Assembly: GCA_002269645.1 (NCBI GenBank)
Contig: NIVC01005254.1
Location: 1 to 15,777 of the forward strand
From: Macrostomum lignano
Lineage: Eukaryota
Length of the DNA stretch: 15,777 nt
Direction: 5' to 3'
Shown: piece by piece, positions 8,995-15,777 of the stretch
How the letters are laid out: each line of letters opens with the position of its first letter
How positions within the stretch are numbered: the stretch's first letter is position 1
Notes under the pieces: generated by a model
Told to the model about the DNA's origin: nothing
The model's input: only the letters and a program-made list of their open reading frames with translations
Database searches by the model: none
Position numbers and translations under genes: made by a program

Positions 8995-9772
8995 GAGGCG
9001 CCAGAAACCTGTGTGTTTATTGAGGCGCCAAAAGGCTTTAGTTTAAGGTGGCGCCAAGTGACTGTATAGTTTAATAAGTGGTGGCGCCAAGTGACTGTAT
9101 AGTTTAATAAGTGGTGGCGCCAAGTGACTGTAGGTTAATGTGCCGCCAAGTGACTGTAGGTTAATGTGGCGCCAAGTGACTGTAGGTTAATGTGCCGCCA
9201 AGTGACTGTAGGTTAATGTGGCGCCAAGTGACTGTAGGTTAATGTGCCGCCAAGTGACTGTAGGTTAATGTGGCGCCAAGTGACTGTAGGTTTATGTGGC
9301 GCCAAGTGACTGTAGGTTAATGTGGCGCCAAGTGACTGTAGGTTAATGTGGCGCCAAGTGACTGATGTAGCGCCAAGTGACTGTAGGTTAATGTGACACC
9401 AAGTGACTGTAGGTTAATGTGGCACCAAGTGACTGTAGGTTAATGTGGCGCCAAGTGACTGTAGGTTTATGTGGCGCCAAGTGACTGTAGGTTAATGTGG
9501 CGCCAAGTGACTGTAGGTTAATGTGGCGCCAAGTGACTGATGTAGCGCCAAGTGACTGTAGGTTAATGTGACACCAAGTGACTGTAGGTTAATGTGGCAC
9601 CAAGTGACTGTAGGTTAATGTGGCGCCAAGTGACTGATGTGGCGCCAAGTGACTGTAGGTTAATGTGCCGCCAAGTGACTGCAGGTTAATGTGGCACCAA
9701 GTGACTGTAGGTTAATGTGGCACCAAGTGACTGTAGGTTAAATGTGGCTCCAGAAATTGTTGTTTTCTATTG
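8995..9772. repeat. 26-bp minisatellite (GTGGCGCCAAGTGACTGTAGGTTAAT)n, ~27 copies, with degenerate terminal units
   Basis: The periodicity is directly visible from 9048 to 9742. Truncated 19-bp units (GTGGCGCCAAGTGACTGAT) occur three times. Confidence 0.97.
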
Positions 9773-10054
9773 GTTTTGAAGTTCAATTCTGTGAATTTCA
9801 TTAGCCAATGTCACCAGTTGTGGACATTATAGTTTTGGGATAAACCTTGGTCAAATAAAGAGCATTCGTGGCTCGATTTTGTATCAAATATTTATGCCTG
9901 GCATTCTGAAATCAGGGCTGGAATTTTTGCACGGGTAGTTTCTGGGTTGCAGGTTTAAAATCGGGAACACCAGCAACTTTTAATGTGATGTTCGTTTCCA
10001 TTTTGTTTTTTACCTGTTCACTGCCTTCTTTTTCTCCATTTGCTGTTTCAACCC

Positions 10055-11320
10055 TGTCAGGTCGCTGTCTCTCCTCTGTCACAGGTCACTGTCTCTCCTC
10101 TGTCACATGTCACTGTCTCTCCTCTGTCACATGTCACTGTCTCTCCTCTGTCACAGGTCACTGTCTCTCCTCTGTCACAGGTCACTGTCTCTCCTCTGTC
10201 ACAGGTCGCTGTCTCTCCTCTGTCACAGGTCGCTGTCTCTCCTCTGTCACAGGTCACTGTCTCTCCTCTGTCACAGGTCACTGTTTCTTGTCTCCTCTGT
10301 CACATGTCACTGTCTCTCCTTTGTCACAGATCACTGTCTCTCCTCTGTCACAGATCCACTGTCTCTCCTTTGTCACAAATCACTGTCTCTCCTCTGTCAC
10401 AGAGGCACTGTCTCTCCTCTGTCACATGTCCCTGTCTTCCTTTGTCACATGTCACTGTCTTCCTTTGTCACAGATCACTATCTCTCCTCTGTCACAGATC
10501 CACTGTCTCTCCTCTGTCACATGTCACTGTCTCTCCTCTGTCACAGGTCACTGTCTCTCCTCTGTCACAGGTCACTGTCTATCCTTTGTCACATGTCACT
10601 GTTTCTCCTTTGTCACAGATCTCTGTCTCTCCTCTGTCACAGAGGCACTGTCTCTCCTCTGTCACAGGTCACTGTCTCTCCTCTGTCACAGGTCACTGTC
10701 TATCCTCTGTCACAGGTCACTGTCTATCCTCTGTCACAGGTCACTGTCTATCCTCTGTCACAGAGGCACTGTCTCTCCTCTGTCACAGAGGCACTGTCTC
10801 TCCTCTGTCACATGTCCCTGTCTTCCTTTGTCACATGTCACTGTCTTCCTTTGTCACAGATCACTATCTCTCCTCTGTCACAGATCCACTGTCTCTCCTC
10901 TGTCACATGTCACTGTCTCTCCTCCGTCACAAATCACTGTCTCTTCTCTGTCACAGGTCACGTCTATCCTGTGTCACAGGTCACTGTCTCTCCTCCGTCA
11001 CAGGTCACTGTCTCTCCTCTGTCACAGGTCACAATCTCTCCTCTGTCACAGGTCACTGTCTTTCCTCTGTCACAGGTCACTGTCTATCCTCTGTCACAGG
11101 TCACTGTCTATCCTCTGTCACAGGTCACTGTCTATCCTCTGTCACAGGTCACAATCTCTCTTCTGTCACAGGTCACTGTCTCTCCTCTGTCACCGGTCAC
11201 TGTCGCTCTTCCGTCACAGGTCACTGTCTCTCCTCTGTCACAGGTCACTATCTCTCCTCTATCACAGGTCACTGTCTCTCCTCTGTCACAGATCACTGTC
11301 TCTCTGTCACAGGTCACTGT
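10055..11320. repeat. 24-bp minisatellite (CTGTCTCTCCTCTGTCACAGGTCA)n, ~52 copies
   Basis: The periodicity is directly visible and shows as 8-aa periodicity (HCLSSVTG) in the ORF track. Confidence 0.97.
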
Positions 11321-11451
11321 CGCAGCTGCTAACTTAGCTTTAAGCTAACTATGGTTCAGTTTTGACTCTCAGAGCCTGAAACAGATGTCTGCATTACATT
11401 CTATTCCTTTGATACACTCCGTGCTTCTCTTGGTCCGCAAAACATTTTCAG

Positions 11452-11480
11452 GTTTCTTCGAATGCCAAAGCACAGGCAAA
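11452..11480 (+). other. Candidate 29-nt micro-exon
   Basis: It is flanked by TTTTCAG| and |GTAAGT, a perfect donor consensus. One reading is (G)FFECQSTGK. I recognised no homology. Confidence 0.2.
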
Positions 11481-12071
11481 GTAAGTTAGCAACGTCTTGT
11501 ATATGCGAGTTACTGGATTATCTGGATTAATAACCAGCGTTAGTACTACATGTATAATAGGTTTAGGACTTTAGCTTTAGGTTGTCTCTGTCTAGCAGCA
11601 GCAGAAGCAACGGCTAAAACTGAGTATTTTACCTCGCTCTCTTAATGGTTCCCACAACCAGCACAACTAAAACCTTTATTAAAACCCAGCAAGCTTTAGT
11701 TCTATATATCCACCTCCCACTCCCACAGTAAAACCCACCCGGCACAGTCTTTCCGGTCCCAACATTTCTAAAACAGTAGTGAGTGTCGTTTAATATCGCC
11801 ATTTTTCTTCTCTCTCTCTTTGTATAAAGCTGCATATGCATAAAGTGAAGCGGAGGCCCTGCTTGTGTGCAATGTTGGGTTAGTATTGTGTGGGAGTTGG
11901 GTTATAGAATGTAGTGTTTGTATGGCCTGCTTCAGTAGGGGGGAGGTTAGCTGTAGGTTCAGATCTATTTGCTTTCTAGACTACTGCAAGGGCAAAACGG
12001 ACGGCAAGGCGGGAGGGCAGTTGTAGGAGGACAAAGCTTTGGGTCAAATACCCACCCCCAGCGCCAGCCAA

Positions 12072-12310
12072 CCGCCCTGCTCCCCCCGCCCGGGTTTTAC
12101 GCCCCCAACGGCACATTGTACGGCCGGCCCAAGTGTACAGGGGCAACCCCCGCGCGCCCCCCTATCCAATCTACAGAGTCTTTCCTTATCGGAAAGCCCC
12201 CCACACAGCCAACCCCCTCCCTCCGCGACCCCGACCCAAAACACGAGGGGAGAGGAGAGAGGCCGGGCCGTCCCTATAAGGTAAAGGCAAGGCTGGCTAA
12301 AACTATAAAA
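12072..12310 (+). promoter_or_regulatory. GC-rich island with promoter-like motifs (CCGCCC at 12072 and 12086, CCAAT at 12166, TATAAAA at 12304)
   Basis: The motifs were read directly in a locally CpG-rich segment. They are short, so function is not established. Confidence 0.25.
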
Positions 12311-12477
12311 CATTTTGGGTGCTTCTCTCTAATACCATACCATATAGGACTGAGTGCTGTTTTCCGCCCTGCCTTCTACCTAAAAACTGTTTATTCTATT
12401 TCCTATTCAATAATATAAATAATTGTTACTACTTACTACTAAAGAAATCAGTTGAATTTAACAAAGTCGATCTTCAG

Positions 12478-12714
12478 GTCATGATACCCAGCGCATTTTA
12501 TATTCAAACGCCTAGCAGCGGCGTTATTGGTGAGTTATTTAGACCCTATTTTATTTAGAAATTATTTTAATTTTTTAAATTAAATTGTTAATATTTTATT
12601 GATTTTGCTACAGAGCTAGCAAACGTTAGCGCAGCAGCCGAGTGGCTGCAACATCTGAATAGCGCCGCAACCTCTACTGCAGCGGATTACGGCTCCACTC
12701 GTTTATCTAATAAG
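12478..12714 (+). CDS. Candidate coding exon pair (12478..12529, 12614..12714) of an incomplete gene; peptide resembles a PH-domain C-terminus
   Basis: An AT-rich 84-nt intron (G|GTGAGT...TTTGCTACAG|) joins the exons in frame to give VMIPSAFYIQTPSSGVI-E-LANVSAAAEWLQHLNSAATSTAADYGSTRLSNK. The second exon ends at AAG|GTAAAA. Confidence 0.4.
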
Positions 12715-13405
12715 GTAAAAAATTACTTATTAATCATACCTAGTATTAGTATTAGCTAGATTACTTATAGTTATCCATACGATGTACTCATATTTTTAAA
12801 CCTACTACTATAGTCGATATTTTCTTATATCTATTTCTTATTATTTGTACTTTTATTCACACATCAATATGGCTTAGTATGTATATTATAATATAAAACA
12901 TACGAGACTGTATAGTATATAATATTGTATGAAGACTGTTTAAGAGCCCTTCCTTCTCTCCCATGTCCTTCGACATTCTCTCTTCTCCTTGCCTGACCTG
13001 CATCTTCTTACCAGGCTTATATACTTTGTGCCTGCCTTAGTAGATCTTACTGCGTTTCAGCCTTTAGCTAGGCCTGCTTACCATGCGAGCGTGTATTTAT
13101 GCAAGCCTGCCTAAGTAATGGCTTATATGGCTGCTCTGCATGCAACTTGCTTGACTTGCCACCCTGCTTCTCTTTGGTTCTGGCTCTTCTCTCCTTCACA
13201 ACCCAGAACCTATTGTAGCACCGGTTTGCTATTTTCAAGGTTCAAACCCCGTGGCAATGTTAGAAAGGCTTCGCTGCCTTTGGATAGTTAAGGTTATAAG
13301 CCGAACTGAAGACTTGATGTTGATATCATGCCGTGCAGAGCATGCGGAGAACTTGTTCACACGCACGCCATCTTCTCTTCATTTATCTAGCTATAGAAAC
13401 TAGAA

Positions 13406-14020
13406 ACCCACCAAGAGACAGGGGCACCCACCAAGAGACAGGGGCACCCACCAAGAGACAGGGGCACCCACCAAGAGACAGGGGCGCCAAGAGACAGCTA
13501 GGGGCAACCAAGAGACAGGGGCACACAAGAGACAGGGGCACCCACAGAGAGACAGGGGCGCCCACAGAGACAGCTAGGGCACACCAAGAGACGGGGCGCC
13601 CACAGAGACAGCTAGGGGCACACCAAGAGACAGGGGCGCCCACAGAGAGACAGGGGCGCCCACAGAGACAGCTAGGGCACACCAAGAGACAGGGGCGCCC
13701 ACAGAGAGACAGGGGCGCCCACTAAGTGACAGTGGCGCCCACCAAGAGTCAGGGGCGCCCACAGAGACAGCTAGGGGCACACCAAGAGACAGGGGCGCCC
13801 ACAGAGAGACAGGGGCGCCCACAGAGACAGCTAGGGGCACACCAAGAGACAGGGCGCCCACAGAGAGACAGGGGCGCCCACAGAGACAGCTAGGGCACAC
13901 CAAGAGACAGGGCGCCCACAGAGAGACAGGGGCGCCCACTAAGTGACAGTGGCGCCCACAAGAGTCAGGGGCCACCAAGAGACAGGGGCACCATCCATGA
14001 GGCAGGGGCACCCACCAAGA
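13406..14020. repeat. ~20-bp minisatellite (CACCCACCAAGAGACAGGGG and GGGCGCCCACAGAGAGACAG variants) with a ~58-60 bp three-unit higher-order repeat
   Basis: The periodicity is directly visible. AGAGACAGCTAGGG(G)CACACCAAGAGACAGGG(G)CGCCCAC recurs. The rare variant TAAGTGACAGTGGCGCCCAC occurs twice (~13723, ~13939). Confidence 0.95.
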
Positions 14021-14479
14021 AATAGGTATGAGTATGAGTTAAACTGATAGCCCACTCACCATTACGATTATACTATTAGTATTACATATAGTATACTCGT
14101 ACATGTTACATTTTCACATATACTTAGGTATACTTAGATTAGCCAAAGCCTGTGTGCAAGCTCCTATACCTTCTTTACTTTAGTTCCTTCCTCTCTAATC
14201 TAAATCCTCTCTTCTTCATTCCCACTCTATGCAAAGCCTTCACTTCTTTTTTTATAGTCAGGCACGCAATATATAGCTAGTAGGATGGGATTGGGAACTC
14301 CCAAGTACCCAACCTAGTGCTATTCTCTCCATCCCCTCAGTTACTATATACTGCATTCCATGCATATAATATGACAGACTCAAGCTTTAATCTATATTTG
14401 AAGTAAAGCAACCGAGTATTTTTCGCTACTATATTTTCATAGCTTCCAAATTTCACTGGCATTCAACGTCAGCTATTGA

Positions 14480-15060
14480 CCCTACCCTACCCCTCTCTCT
14501 GTCTTTACATCTGTCTCTACCCCTCTCTACCCTTCTCTCTACCCCTCTCTACCCCTCTCTACCTTCTCTCTACCCTCTCTACCCTTCTCTCTACCCCTCT
14601 CTACCCTTCTCTCTACCCCTCTCTACCCTTCTCTCTACCCCTCTCTACCCTTCTCTCTAACCCTCCCATCGTCTTCTCAACATCTCCCTCTCCCTCCGTC
14701 TCCCTCTCTCTGTCTCCTTCGTCTTCCTCTCCCCTTCCTCTGCATCTCACTTTTCTTCTCTCCTCCTTTTCTCTCTCTCTCTCCCCCTCTCCTCTCTTCC
14801 TTTCCCTTTTCTACTTCTCCACCTGTACCTCGCCCCCTCCCTCCCCCTCCTACCCCTCCTCTCTCTCTCTCCCTCCTCTACATTTCCCGCTCTCTTCTTC
14901 TTCTACCTCTCACTCTCCTGCCTCTCCCTCTCTACATCCCTCTCTCCCTCTACCTCCTCCTCGCTTCCTCTATTCCCCCGTCTACCTTCCCCTAACCTCT
15001 CCTTTTCCCTCTCCCTCTCCCTCTCCCTCTCCCTCACTCCTTATCTCACCATTTACCCCA
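14480..15060. repeat. Pyrimidine-rich tract: (CCCTCTCTA / CCCTTCTCTCTA)n at ~14490-14660, then low-complexity CT
   Basis: The composition is directly visible, with very few G residues on the + strand. Confidence 0.93.
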
Positions 15061-15777
15061 TTCCTCTTAAGTCTCTTAATCTCCGTCTTCGTGTTTCTTT
15101 CATTCTACTGGCCATCCTGTCATTCACTCTTGATAAGAATGATGGAGCTCAGATTTAAGCTCATAGTGTCGTGACTGAAAAAGGTATTTCGGAAATTTCC
15201 AATATGTCATAGTCGATATACCTTTAAATGTGTCCTCTCTCAATTCTATTCTTATTCAATACTTTGTCTCACTTTTTGTCTTGGAAGAAGCATGCACAAT
15301 ACAGCTTGAGGGTGCACTGAGGGTACCCATGCCAAACAGATTCTATTCAGTATAAATAGCTTGAGGGCACCAAGCAAACCCTTCAATCTTACAGCTAAGA
15401 CAGAGACCGACTGACCCTTTCTTTCTTCTTAAGTCCAATTTTGCTTATTGCTTACTGATACTGCCTACTATAGGCTAGGCTGTGGGACCCCATATTTGTG
15501 GTACCGTGCCGTGCCATTATTACGAGGCCATGCTAATGCTAGATAGCACAGCACGGGGGCAAACAAATGTTCAAATGCGCGCAGTTGCTAGCTAAGAAAT
15601 TGGTCTCTTACTGTCTACTCACTACTTGGACAGTGAAGTTGGCTCGGATTTCTATGGGTATTATCAAAGCCCCTGCTATCCACCCGGTGACCCTGAAGAT
15701 TTCCATTTATAAATTCCTTACCCTTCACTCTACTCTCTGCTCCATTTTTTAGCGTAGCTTATTAAGCCACCCACCAA

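Noticed and set aside
9048-9742. CRISPR-like appearance of the 26-bp repeats
   Set aside because: Units are contiguous with no unique spacers, there are no cas genes, and the context is eukaryotic.
11969-12418. Pro/Arg-rich ORFs in several frames
   Set aside because: GC-rich, C-skewed sequence is naturally stop-poor, and no family was recognised.
12927-13199. Charged reading frame on - interrupted by four TAA/TAG stops, resembling fungal RIP (CpA->TpA) decay
   Set aside because: Four stops of this type are not significant. My rough counts gave TpA/ApT of ~1.0 in other AT-rich parts of the window, and RIP is not known in animals.
13333-15174. ORFs over the 20-bp array and the CT tract
   Set aside because: They are low-complexity translations.
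1-15777. Hammerhead ribozyme as in schistosome Sm-alpha repeats
   Set aside because: The CTGANGA matches I found by eye (e.g. ~8809, ~13307, ~15693) lack a following stem and GAAA. An Infernal search would be the definitive test.

Overview
This is eukaryotic (animal) genomic DNA. About 45% of it is tandem repeat: six minisatellite arrays with 15, 21, ~21, 26, 24 and ~20 bp units, a CT-rich tract, and a degenerate ~440-bp duplication carrying a TTAGGG tract. The only well-supported gene is a two-exon, 159-aa tandem DM9-repeat (DUF3421, lectin-type) protein, present as a head-to-head inverted duplicate. The right copy (3945..4307 + 4419..4535, +) has an intact ORF but lacks a 69-bp TATA-containing segment. 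The left copy (2085..1497, -) keeps CCAAT, CRE-like and TATA-like elements but carries a W18 stop codon and four 1-nt deletions, some of which may be long-read errors. A ~70-copy TGATAA (GATA-site) minisatellite lies between the two promoters. Also present are a tRNA-headed CORE-like SINE on the - strand near 6 kb and candidate spliced exons with a PH-domain-like C-terminal helix near 12.5 kb. The DM9 type, GC-rich codons, TTAGGG and dense 20-26 bp minisatellites suggest a flatworm such as Macrostomum; this is inference only. Nearly all long ORFs in the supplied track are by-products of the repeats.
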